A program made the position numbers and the translations under genes. From the NCBI GenBank assembly GCA_036675075.1, contig JAKFFM010000038.1, forward strand, positions 25,024 through 89,023: a stretch of 64,000 nucleotides of DNA. The letters are read 5' to 3'. The stretch comes from Bacteroidota bacterium. GTDB lineage: Bacteria; Bacteroidota; Bacteroidia; JAKFFM01. The notes beneath the pieces are model-generated. The model had not been told where the DNA came from and searched no databases. It saw only the letters and a program-made list of their open reading frames with translations. Positions 37,700 to 46,408 of this stretch are shown piece after piece (the stretch's first letter is position 1; each line of letters starts with the position of its first letter).

Positions 37700-40126
37700 T
37701 TAGTAGATCGAAGGGTACTTCGAAGGATTTACTTCATTCATCATCGCGTAAACCGCTTCAAAAATATCTTCGGTACTTGGCTTTGAAAAGTAATCTCCAT
37801 CTGATCCGTATGCTGGCCTGTGTGGCTTTGCTGAAAGTGTTTTAGGGTCAGAATCAAGGTATTTGTAAGCTGCCTGCTCTTCGATCACTTTCTGCATCAT
37901 ATACGCTGAGGCACCACCTGGTACATCTTCATCGATGAATATGACACGGTTTGTTTTCCTGACCGATTCAACGATCAGGTGGTTGATATCAAATGGAAGT
38001 AATGTCTGCACATCGATCACTTCTGCGGAAATATCAACCTGAGCAAGCTGTTTTGCGGCTTCCTGCACGAGCCTTAACGTTGATCCGTAGGATACGATCG
38101 TAATGTCATTACCTTCTTCAAGCACTTCCGGAATACCCAGCGGTGTCTTCCACTGACCAAAATTATCTGGCTTCAGTTCCTTTAATCTGTAGCCATTTAA
38201 AGGTTCTATCACCAATGCGGGTTCATCTGCTTCAAGGAGCAGGTTGTAAAATCCTGCAGCCTGTGTCATGTTGCGGGGAACACACACATGGATACCTCTC
38301 ACGGAATTAATGATCATGCCCATTGGAGAGCCTGAATGCCATACACCTTCAAGCCTGTGGCCGCGTGTACGGATGATCACAGGTGCTTTCTGTCTGCCTT
38401 TGGTTCTGTACTGAACTGTCGCAAGGTCATCGCTCATGATCTGCAAAGCATATAGAAGGTAGTCGAGGTACTGGATCTCGGCGATTGGACGAAGACCACG
38501 TAATGCAAGACCAATGGCTTGTCCCATGATGGTTGCTTCGCGAATTCCTGTATCGAACACACGGTGTTCACCAAATTTCTTTTGAAGTCCTTCAAGTCCC
38601 TGGTTCACGCCTCCGATCTTTCCGGAGTCTTCACCGAAGATCATCGTATTCGGATAATTTGTAAGGATCGCATCGAAGTTGTCACGCAGGAGCTCACGTC
38701 CATCGATCTTGTCGTGGGTCGTGTATTCAACAGGTTTTGGTGCTATCCTCAATGCTGAGCGGTCTGACTCACTCATGAGGTGTGAGCTGTACCTGTCATG
38801 GTTGGCTGCATTCGCTTCCTGAAGCCATGTAAGGAGCTTGTGCTTTGCCGGAGATGTTTCACCACGTGTGTATCGTAACGAGCGTCTCACGGCTGATATT
38901 ATGTCCTTGCGGATTGGTTCAATGGAGCTTGTTAGTTCATTTCTAACTGCCTGTATGAATGTGCTGTTGGAGCTCGACGCGATAAGACCATCGAGCAGGA
39001 CAGTGATCTCTTTCAGCTCGTCTTTGATCGGTGAAGTGTAATCGCTCCATGCAGCATTCTTGGCATTTCGCACGGCTTTCTTTGCTTCTTCATCGATTGC
39101 AGTAAGATCATTTTCGTTCGCGATCGCGGATTCAATGATCCATTCTTTCATCTTTCTGATGCAGTCAAATTCGGTTTCCCAATCAAGCCGCTCTTTTGTC
39201 TTGTAACGTTCATGGGATCCTGAAGTGGAATGCCCCTGTGGCTGTGTCAGTTCAGTAACATGTACAAGCACAGGGATGTGCTTTTCACGGCAGAGCTTTT
39301 CAGCTTTTTCATAAGCTTCGCACAAAGCAGGATAATCCCAGCCTTTTACATTGATGATCTCATAACCATTTCCTTTTTCATTACGCTGAAATCCTTTCAG
39401 GACTTCTGAAATGTTCTCCTTTGTGGTCTGGTATTTCTTTGGTACTGAAATTCCATAACCATCATCCCATACAGAAACCAGCATAGGAACCTGCAGTACG
39501 CCTGCAGCATTGATCGTTTCCCAGAACAGTCCTTCTGATGTACTTGCATCACCGATCGTTCCGAATGCAACTTCATTTCCATGGTCAGAGAATTTCAGGA
39601 ATTCCCCTTTGTGCAGGTCTGGATTCTTCCTGTAGAAATAGGATGCAAATGCAAGGCCCAGCAGGCGGGGCATCTGGCTTGCCGTAGGTGAAATATCCGA
39701 TGATGAGTTTTTCTGCTTTGTAAGGTCTTTCCATGAACCATCATCGTTCAGGAATGGCGTGGCAAAGTGTCCACCCATCTGTCGGCCGGCAGACATAGGC
39801 TCTGCTTCAATATCAGTGTGCGCATAAAGTCCGGCGAACCATTGTTGAAGCGTAAGGTTTCCTGTGGCAAACATAAACGTCTGGTCACGGTAATATCCTG
39901 ACCTGAAATCCCCGTTCCTGAAGAATTTGGCCATGGCTATCTGGGCGACTTCCTTTCCGTCTCCAAAGATTCCGAATTTTGCTTTCCCGGTAAGAACTTC
40001 TTTCCTCCCAAGCAAACTGGCTTCCCGGCTTTCAATTGCCAGCCTGTAGTCAACCAGCACGGCTTTTTTAAACTCCTCAAATCCTAGTTCAGTTCCTGCT
40101 GGAATAGTTTGCGATGTTTTCGACAT
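37700..40126 (-). CDS. 2-oxoacid dehydrogenase E1 component, fused alpha/beta subunits
   Basis: 808 aa. The N-terminal half is a TPP-binding alpha-like part and the C-terminal half is a transketolase-like beta part (FDTGIREATIMGQAIGLA). Confidence 0.85.
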   Translation of the reverse strand: MSKTSQTIPAGTELGFEEFKKAVLVDYRLAIESREASLLGRKEVLTGKAKFGIFGDGKEVAQIAMAKFFRNGDFRSGYYRDQTFMFATGNLTLQQWFAGLYAHTDIEAEPMSAGRQMGGHFATPFLNDDGSWKDLTKQKNSSSDISPTASQMPRLLGLAFASYFYRKNPDLHKGEFLKFSDHGNEVAFGTIGDASTSEGLFWETINAAGVLQVPMLVSVWDDGYGISVPKKYQTTKENISEVLKGFQRNEKGNGYEIINVKGWDYPALCEAYEKAEKLCREKHIPVLVHVTELTQPQGHSTSGSHERYKTKERLDWETEFDCIRKMKEWIIESAIANENDLTAIDEEAKKAVRNAKNAAWSDYTSPIKDELKEITVLLDGLIASSSNSTFIQAVRNELTSSIEPIRKDIISAVRRSLRYTRGETSPAKHKLLTWLQEANAANHDRYSSHLMSESDRSALRIAPKPVEYTTHDKIDGRELLRDNFDAILTNYPNTMIFGEDSGKIGGVNQGLEGLQKKFGEHRVFDTGIREATIMGQAIGLALRGLRPIAEIQYLDYLLYALQIMSDDLATVQYRTKGRQKAPVIIRTRGHRLEGVWHSGSPMGMIINSVRGIHVCVPRNMTQAAGFYNLLLEADEPALVIEPLNGYRLKELKPDNFGQWKTPLGIPEVLEEGNDITIVSYGSTLRLVQEAAKQLAQVDISAEVIDVQTLLPFDINHLIVESVRKTNRVIFIDEDVPGGASAYMMQKVIEEQAAYKYLDSDPKTLSAKPHRPAYGSDGDYFSKPSTEDIFEAVYAMMNEVNPSKYPSIY

Positions 40127-40159
40127 ATATGTTGGGGATTGTAATAAATGCTGTATTTA

Positions 40160-40167
40160 CAAAGATA
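40160..40167 (-). promoter_or_regulatory. -7 promoter box TATCTTTG for the E1 gene
   Basis: Exact TAnnTTTG on the minus strand, 34 nt upstream of the ATG at 40126. Confidence 0.45.
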
Positions 40168-40233
40168 AAAAAATTGTTCAGAGAATAATCGCCCACAGCA
40201 CGCATCAGGCACGGTTTTTTAATGTTTTCCGTC

Positions 40234-40239
40234 GGAGGA
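40234..40239 (+). promoter_or_regulatory. Shine-Dalgarno-like GGAGGA
   Basis: Lies 7 nt upstream of the response-regulator ATG at 40247. Confidence 0.4.
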
Positions 40240-40246
40240 ATTTGAG

Positions 40247-40633
40247 ATGAAGCTACCTGGACATTTTTCGATCTTTCTTGTAGAGGACAATGAGTTTTAT
40301 GCGCTGCTTCTTGACCAGGGGATACGCACACAGATGAACTGCAGGATCACACCTTTTAAAAGTGGCGAGGAATGCCTTAAGAATTTGTACGTCGATCCTG
40401 ATATGGTCATTCTTGATTTTGGACTCACCGGAATGAACGGTCTGGAAACATTAAAGGAGCTGAAAAAAATAAAACCGGAACTACCTGTAGTGATAGTTTC
40501 CGGTCAGGAGGATATTGGTGTAGTAACTGAGCTGATCAAAGCAGGAGCTTACAGGTATATCCGGAAGAACCAGGATACATCAGAAAGACTTCTTGAAGCT
40601 ATTGAAGAGCTGCAGGAGATGCTGGAAGGTTAA
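40247..40633 (+). CDS. stand-alone CheY-like response regulator receiver
   Basis: FLVEDNE, MVILDFGLTGMNG, VVIVSGQ and AGAYRYIRK motifs. There is no output domain. Confidence 0.85.
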   Translation: MKLPGHFSIFLVEDNEFYALLLDQGIRTQMNCRITPFKSGEECLKNLYVDPDMVILDFGLTGMNGLETLKELKKIKPELPVVIVSGQEDIGVVTELIKAGAYRYIRKNQDTSERLLEAIEELQEMLEG

Positions 40634-42369
40634 TATTTCCCTCCAGCATTCTCATTATTTTCTTTTCCAGGCTCATCCGTTTCAACAGTTACTGAATGCT
40701 CTTTTCCATTGATCTCAATGTTCACTTCATGCCTGTGATCCGCAGAATTGAAATGTTTAGCCTTTATCGATTCTTTGTTATTTAGTTCCAACCCTGTACA
40801 ATCCACACAATCCAGGCCTCGCTCTGTCATGATCCATGTTCTTCCTACCATGTCCATGTCATAAACATTATGAATGTTATCGATATCATAGATCAGGCTT
40901 TTCATGTTTCTGTTCAGATATATTTTTTTATCCTTTGGAACATATACTGTGATCTTTACCTTCTGTGCCCGCCATTGGCTGTTTTCCTTTAGCTCATAGT
41001 AGTTGCTGAAGTCAATGACTGAATCATTCTGTGTGAAGCTGTAAGAAAGCTCAGTTGCAAAGTTCATGGCTTCTTTTTTATTCTCGCCTCGTGCAGATTT
41101 CCTGATCTCCAGGGAGAAGCTGTCTGTAAGACTTGGTTCAATGTTCAGTTCCGCAAGTCCGTATTCTGTATCTCCGTCTTTCAACCTGAAGAATGACCAT
41201 GGCTCAGACCTGTGTTCAGTATCAAAACTCCATTTCTGGGGACCGCTCACATTCAGATAAAGTGTTTCTCCTGTAGGTTGCTTTATGTCCACAACCTGTG
41301 ATGAAATACCTTTCTCCTTGAAGCTCGTAGCGACGTTCGTAAGCAGGTAAAACCCGAGAATGACTCCTGTTATCCACAACCCCAGAGCCGTATAATTCAG
41401 GGCAGGGATGTTCCTTCTAACACCTGCAAGTCTGCTGATGGCTTTATAAAGGATCATGATCAGCGGGATGCATACGAAAAGAAACAGGGCAAGAAGGGCA
41501 AGCCTTACATTCGTCATGTCTCCAAAGATGGAAAACAGGATCTGCTGTAAGCCGTAGGATGCTTCGATATTTCCAGTCTTGATGTGCACAGCGTTGGCAG
41601 ATCCGAAGATTGCGGCAAGCACGGCGATCAGAATCGCGAGAGATACGATGATGAGGATCAGGTAGATGAACTTGCCAACCAGTGTGAAGATGCTCTTCAG
41701 TACTGTTTTGATGAAGTTGCCAAGATCCTGAAGCATCCTTGTTCCCCGACCATCATTATTCAGGTCAGAAACTTTTTTTTTAATACCGCCCAGCTCCTCA
41801 CGGATGCTTTTCTCAATGTTGTTGATGTTGACCTTTTCTCCTCGCATTTCCAGCTTGTCAGCAGTGGTTCTGGCTTCCGGCAGGATGATCCAGAACAGAA
41901 TGTAAATAAGGAAGAATGTTCCGAAAGATCCGATGGCAAGCACCGCCCAGATGATCCTTAGCCACATTGGATCCATGTCGAAGTATGCGGAGATCCCTGA
42001 ACATACACCACCCAGGATCTTTTCATCAGGATCACGGAAAACGCGTCTTCTCTTGTTCCTGGGAGCAGACATGGAAGGTAGCTCGTAGGCAGACTGTTCC
42101 GCACCTTCTTCAGCGAAATCTTCTGGTTTGCCCATGATGGTAATAACCTGGTCAACATCTGCCATCAGGATAACCTGCTTGGCAACCGTGACTTTTTCTT
42201 TCAGCAGTTCTGCGATACGGGCTTCAATATCAGCCATGATCTCATCACGACCTTCGCTAACGGCAAAATAGCTTCGTATCGTAGAGAGGTACCTGTTCAG
42301 CTTTTCGTAAGCATCTTCTTCAACATGAAAGATGATGCCGCTGATGTTTATCGTTAATGTCCTGTTCAT
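40630..42369 (-). CDS. PspC-domain membrane protein (envelope stress-type)
   Basis: PspC motif RVFRDPDEKILGGVCSGISAYFDMDPMWLRIIWAVLAI, several TM helices, and a long C-terminal extracytoplasmic region. Confidence 0.85.
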   Translation of the reverse strand: MNRTLTINISGIIFHVEEDAYEKLNRYLSTIRSYFAVSEGRDEIMADIEARIAELLKEKVTVAKQVILMADVDQVITIMGKPEDFAEEGAEQSAYELPSMSAPRNKRRRVFRDPDEKILGGVCSGISAYFDMDPMWLRIIWAVLAIGSFGTFFLIYILFWIILPEARTTADKLEMRGEKVNINNIEKSIREELGGIKKKVSDLNNDGRGTRMLQDLGNFIKTVLKSIFTLVGKFIYLILIIVSLAILIAVLAAIFGSANAVHIKTGNIEASYGLQQILFSIFGDMTNVRLALLALFLFVCIPLIMILYKAISRLAGVRRNIPALNYTALGLWITGVILGFYLLTNVATSFKEKGISSQVVDIKQPTGETLYLNVSGPQKWSFDTEHRSEPWSFFRLKDGDTEYGLAELNIEPSLTDSFSLEIRKSARGENKKEAMNFATELSYSFTQNDSVIDFSNYYELKENSQWRAQKVKITVYVPKDKKIYLNRNMKSLIYDIDNIHNVYDMDMVGRTWIMTERGLDCVDCTGLELNNKESIKAKHFNSADHRHEVNIEINGKEHSVTVETDEPGKENNENAGGKY

Positions 42370-42395
42370 TTCTTAGACTTTTTAAATCTCTTTTT

Positions 42396-42737
42396 TTACT
42401 GATTAGAAGGATTGTGTTTTGTTGTTTTTTCCACGGCATCAACAAGTTCCTGCCAGGTCGTTTCGAGCTCGGCAAGGAATTTTTCTCCCAGTTCGGTTAG
42501 ACGGTAGTACTTGCGAGGTGGGCCGGATGTAGACTCTTCCCAGCGATAGGTAAGCAGGCCCATGTTCTTAAGTCTTGTAAGAAGAGGATATAAAGTACCC
42601 TCCACCACGACAAGCTTAGCTGCCTTGAGCCGCTCAATGATCTCTGTGGGATAAGCATCACCGGCTGAAAGGATTGAGAGGATGCAGAATTCCAGCACCC
42701 CTTTCCTCATTTGTGCCTTTGTGTTTTCTATGTTCAT
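42396..42737 (-). CDS. PadR-family transcriptional regulator
   Basis: Winged-helix motifs GVLEFCILSILSAGDAYPTEII and EGTLYPLLTRLKNMGLL. Confidence 0.9.
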   Translation of the reverse strand: MNIENTKAQMRKGVLEFCILSILSAGDAYPTEIIERLKAAKLVVVEGTLYPLLTRLKNMGLLTYRWEESTSGPPRKYYRLTELGEKFLAELETTWQELVDAVEKTTKHNPSNQ

Positions 42738-42754
42738 TTCCCTTGTTGTTTAAA

Positions 42755-42789
42755 ACTACAATGCAAAGATATATCCTTTGGATTGTACT
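42755..42789. promoter_or_regulatory. imperfect palindrome, candidate PadR operator
   Basis: ACTACAATGCAAAG-N7-CTTTGGATTGTACT. The arms are complementary at 12 of 14 positions and the palindrome overlaps the -7 box. Confidence 0.45.
42764..42771 (-). promoter_or_regulatory. -7 promoter box TATCTTTG for the padR-pspC operon
   Basis: Exact TAnnTTTG on the minus strand, 26 nt upstream of the ATG at 42737. Confidence 0.45.
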
Positions 42790-42875
42790 ATGCAATACAA
42801 AGTAGTGTTTAAAAAGATAAGCGGTTGTTTTACAGATGGATAAAATTTTCGATAATTGAATGGGACACTAATTGT

Positions 42876-42883
42876 TACTTTTG
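42876..42883 (+). promoter_or_regulatory. -7 promoter box TACTTTTG for terC
   Basis: Exact TAnnTTTG, 8 nt before the ATG at 42892. A TTG at 42856-42858 lies 17 nt upstream (possible -33 element). Confidence 0.45.
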
Positions 42884-42891
42884 TCGCCGAT

Positions 42892-43650
42892 ATGGATTTG
42901 AGCTCGAATTTTCAGGAATTATTCTCTGTTGCATCCTTGATCAGCTTGCTTACGCTGTCTGTTCTTGAGATCGTATTAGGTATCGATAACATCATTTTTA
43001 TCTCCATCGTAGCAGGTAAGCTGCCTAAACAGGATCAGCCGAAAGCAAGGGCAATTGGTCTGATGCTCGCGCTGATCATGCGTGTTGCCCTGCTTTTCAG
43101 TATCTCCTGGATCGTGAGTATGAAGGAACCATTGTTCACGATCAATGATTTTGATGTTTCCGGCAGAGACCTGATCCTTTTTGCAGGTGGTGTCTTCCTT
43201 TTATATAAGACAACCATGGAGATCCACAGCAAGATTGAAGGCCATGAGGAAAGTGAATTCTCTGTAAAGAAAGCCACGATGAATTCGGTGATCTTTCAGA
43301 TCGTACTGATCGATATCGTATTCAGCTTCGACTCAATTCTTACTGCTGTTGGACTCGTTTCAAACGTCCTTATTATGGTCCTTGCAGTTGTCATTGCAAT
43401 GGTGATCATGATCGTATTCTCTGGTAAGGTGAGTGACTTTATCAACCGGAATCCAACCATTAAGATGCTTGCTCTTGCATTCCTTCTGATGATCGGTATG
43501 ATCCTCGTGCTGGATGCATTCCATCAGCATGTGGATAAGAAGTTCATCTATGTTTCCATGGCATTCTCACTGCTTGTTGAATCACTCAACATCAGAATGA
43601 GAAAGAAGGAAAGCATCAGGAAATCAAAGGAAGATACTCCTCAGGAATAA
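42892..43650 (+). CDS. TerC-family integral membrane protein
   Basis: LEIVLGIDNIIFISI and IVLIDIVFSFDSILTAVG motifs. The first ATG was chosen because the ORF-track TTG at 42856 lies upstream of the -7 box. Confidence 0.85.
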   Translation: MDLSSNFQELFSVASLISLLTLSVLEIVLGIDNIIFISIVAGKLPKQDQPKARAIGLMLALIMRVALLFSISWIVSMKEPLFTINDFDVSGRDLILFAGGVFLLYKTTMEIHSKIEGHEESEFSVKKATMNSVIFQIVLIDIVFSFDSILTAVGLVSNVLIMVLAVVIAMVIMIVFSGKVSDFINRNPTIKMLALAFLLMIGMILVLDAFHQHVDKKFIYVSMAFSLLVESLNIRMRKKESIRKSKEDTPQE

Positions 43651-43819
43651 CTGTTATCTCCTTTATTCTAAGGGTTTCATCATTCGAACCTTCTCGTGGC
43701 TGTCACTTTTATTGTGCCCGTATCAACAGAACTATTTAGTCTGTTTATCTGATTCAGCAAGTGTTATCAATGTGAAATGACGACAGCTTCATGTTCTTAC
43801 TATCACTGGTATGAAGAGC

Positions 43820-44422
43820 TTATTTCCCTTTTCTTACAGGTAGAATGGAATTGAAGATGCTGAACCGTGATGGTGATTGCTTATACGATACAGCGGAAGC
43901 GCTTTTCACATCTTCAACAGAAAAGAATGCGCCTGCGTTATGCTCACGGATAAGTGCAGCTACTTTAGGAACTTCTTTCCGCTTGACAATTGTAAAGATC
44001 ATCTTGATCGGTCCTCTGGCTCCCTGCCCGTCAAAAATTGTATATCCCAGATGCGAGTCTGTCAACGCATGTGTCAGTGCCTCATATTCCTGATTGGTAA
44101 TGATTCTTACGACCTGCAGGCCCAGCGCAAGCTTTTCTTCAATCAATAAGCCCAGGTAGCTTCCTGTCGCGTAGCCTCCCGCCCAGGCCAGGTAGCACAT
44201 CACATTGGTGAGGTTACTCATGATCTGGCTGATTGCGACAAGCCAGATCAGCACTTCGAAAAATCCAATGAAGGGTACGATCTGTCTTTTACCTTTCGAT
44301 GCGAGCACACCTCTTAAGGTTCCAAGACTTACATCACAAAGTCGTGCAAAAAAGATCAGTAATGGAAAGATTACCCAGTTATAGATCTCGCTGTTCTGGT
44401 CCATTAAACCTCCCGTTTCCAT
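43820..44422 (-). CDS. DUF2179/UPF0316-family membrane protein
   Basis: FFARLCDVSLGTLRGVLASKGKR motif plus a C-terminal DUF2179-like soluble domain. The ATG at 44422 lies 1 nt after the ubiA-like stop, and the ORF-track start at 44443 is a TTG. Confidence 0.7.
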   Translation of the reverse strand: METGGLMDQNSEIYNWVIFPLLIFFARLCDVSLGTLRGVLASKGKRQIVPFIGFFEVLIWLVAISQIMSNLTNVMCYLAWAGGYATGSYLGLLIEEKLALGLQVVRIITNQEYEALTHALTDSHLGYTIFDGQGARGPIKMIFTIVKRKEVPKVAALIREHNAGAFFSVEDVKSASAVSYKQSPSRFSIFNSILPVRKGK

Positions 44423-44423
44423 A

Positions 44424-45287
44424 TTAACCCAGGTAAAGATCAAGAATTACAAATACTGAAAAGCATACACTGGCAATTCCATTTGTTGTCATGAATGCCA
44501 GATTGACCTTGCTCAGATCATCAGGTTTAACAAGACGATGCTGATATACAAGCATGCCGGTGAAGATCAGCGCTCCTGAATAATACATCCATGAAAAGCT
44601 GCCTGCATAACCTGCGATAAAAATTGCCAAAGCTGAGATCATATGCAGAACAGTCGAAAACTGCAGTGCCTGTGTTCTCCCCATTGCTGAAGGGATTGAC
44701 ATCAGATTCTGTGACCTGTCGAATTCATCATCCTGCAGGGCATATATGATATCGAAGCCTGAAACCCATGTGATCACTGCAATGGAAAACAGGAGAGGTA
44801 TGATCGAAAAGGTAGCGGTGACAGCAAGATATGCTCCGATCGGTGCCAGTGATAGCCCAAGTCCCAGAACAAGATGACAAAGCCAGGTGAATCGTTTTGT
44901 ATAGCTGTAGAAAAGAATCACAAACAATGCAATGAAGCTCAGGTAAAAGCACAGCGGATTAATGAACCATGTTGTCGCAACAAACAGTATGGAATTCATG
45001 ATCACGAAAAACAATGCGTTGTTTGCGGAAATCACACCTGCAGGGATCTCCCGCATTGTGGTTCGGGGATTTTTGGAGTCAATGTCTCGATCAAGATACC
45101 TATTAAATGCCATGGCTGCTGATCTTGCAAATACCATACATAACAGCACTTTTACAAAAAGCATGAACGGATCTGCCACAGGCTGATGATGTATTCCCAG
45201 AAAAAAACCGATCAGTGCAAAAGGCAATGCAAAGATGGTGTGACTGAATTTTATCAAACTCAGGTAAGAAGCTAGCCCCGTTTTCAT
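44424..45287 (-). CDS. UbiA-family aromatic polyprenyltransferase (4-hydroxybenzoate or menaquinone-type)
   Basis: ARSAAMAFNRYLDRDIDSKNPRT and YALQDDEFD Asp-rich motifs. Start chosen at MKTGLASYLSLIKFSHT. Confidence 0.8.
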   Translation of the reverse strand: MKTGLASYLSLIKFSHTIFALPFALIGFFLGIHHQPVADPFMLFVKVLLCMVFARSAAMAFNRYLDRDIDSKNPRTTMREIPAGVISANNALFFVIMNSILFVATTWFINPLCFYLSFIALFVILFYSYTKRFTWLCHLVLGLGLSLAPIGAYLAVTATFSIIPLLFSIAVITWVSGFDIIYALQDDEFDRSQNLMSIPSAMGRTQALQFSTVLHMISALAIFIAGYAGSFSWMYYSGALIFTGMLVYQHRLVKPDDLSKVNLAFMTTNGIASVCFSVFVILDLYLG

Positions 45288-45428
45288 CGATGCAAAATTA
45301 CCATTTCGCCCGCAAGTCATCATTAAAATTGCCGGAATTGTAAACACTCTTGAATGATGCACCACTCCTGTGTAAAAAGTACGATCCATTCATGCATTAA
45401 ATATTCTGATCAATTTAAAATCATCTGC

Positions 45429-45436
45429 GATCTTTG
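45429..45436 (+). promoter_or_regulatory. -7-like box GATCTTTG
   Basis: One mismatch to TAnnTTTG, 4 nt before the ATG at 45441. Confidence 0.35.
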
Positions 45437-45440
45437 CAGC

Positions 45441-46271
45441 ATGTCAGAAAAGATCTCCAGTCTTCAGAATGCGAAGGTCAAGAATGTAGTCAGGCTCCAG
45501 GAAAAGTCACAGGAGCGCAGGCTGCAGAAAAAGTTTGTTGTTGAAGGTGTGAACGAGATCCGTCATGTCCTTCAATCATCGTTGACTATTGATTCGGTGT
45601 TTATATGCCCGGAGATCAACAGCCAGTTTGCACAATCTGAATTCAATGAAGCCACTCTCCTGGAAGTAACGCCGGAAGTGTTCAGCAAAATGGCTTACAG
45701 GGAGGACAGTGGGGGTGTGTTGCTTGTTGTTGATATGCCTGATGATAAGCTTGATAGCCTGAAGCTATCTTACTGTCCGCTCGTCGTGGTTCTGGAGGCT
45801 GTTGAAAAACCAGGAAACCTTGGAGCCATATTGAGAACCGCGGATGCTGCCGGTGTAGATGCCGTGCTCATCTGTGATCCACGCACCGATAAATGGAACC
45901 CGAATGTCATTCGTTCGAGCATCGGATGTGTGTTCACTGTTCCTGTTATTACATGTACGAATGATGAGGCACTCGACTTTCTCAAAAAGAACGAAATCGC
46001 AGTTTATGCTGCTGCTCTTCCGGGAAGCCATCGTCACGACCACTCCGAGTTTGTTTCTCCTTCAGCGATTATCCTGGGAACTGAAGCTGACGGATTATCT
46101 GAGTTCTGGATCGATCATGCAGATCGCGTTATCAGGATCCCGATGCTTGGAAAGGCGGATTCACTCAATGTGTCAACAAGTTGCGCGATCATCGTTTTTG
46201 AAGCAATGCGACAAAGAGGCTTCAATGTTTTTGAATCAAAGGAAAAATTTGACGCGTTCCATCTAAAATAG
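45441..46271 (+). CDS. TrmH/SpoU-family RNA 2'-O-methyltransferase
   Basis: LEAVEKPGNLGAILRTADAAGVDAV and SLNVSTSCAIIVFE motifs. Start chosen at the ATG giving MSEKISSLQNAKV. Confidence 0.85.
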   Translation: MSEKISSLQNAKVKNVVRLQEKSQERRLQKKFVVEGVNEIRHVLQSSLTIDSVFICPEINSQFAQSEFNEATLLEVTPEVFSKMAYREDSGGVLLVVDMPDDKLDSLKLSYCPLVVVLEAVEKPGNLGAILRTADAAGVDAVLICDPRTDKWNPNVIRSSIGCVFTVPVITCTNDEALDFLKKNEIAVYAAALPGSHRHDHSEFVSPSAIILGTEADGLSEFWIDHADRVIRIPMLGKADSLNVSTSCAIIVFEAMRQRGFNVFESKEKFDAFHLK

Positions 46272-46315
46272 CTTGAAACTTGAGAACCATCCCTCCGGGG
46301 AAGGGCTAATTTTAC

Positions 46316-46323
46316 GATATTTG
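46316..46323 (+). promoter_or_regulatory. -7-like box GATATTTG upstream of ettA
   Basis: One mismatch to TAnnTTTG. It would give an ~80-nt leader. Confidence 0.3.
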
Positions 46324-46408
46324 CAGCGTCATAAATTCCAAGGCAGAATACAGTTCAGAGACTATTCATCCGGAGAATGGATGACCAAACTTTAATTTTT
46401 TAACGATT

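Noticed and set aside
42790-42891. Possible yybP-ykoY (Mn2+) riboswitch upstream of terC.
   Set aside because: I could not find the conserved GGGGAGTAG-type core or a matching four-helix arrangement. The predicted promoter also leaves almost no leader.
43681-43695. TTCGAACC string resembling a tRNA T-loop in the terC/DUF2179 spacer.
   Set aside because: The flanking bases do not form a T-stem or acceptor stem on either strand, so no cloverleaf can be drawn.
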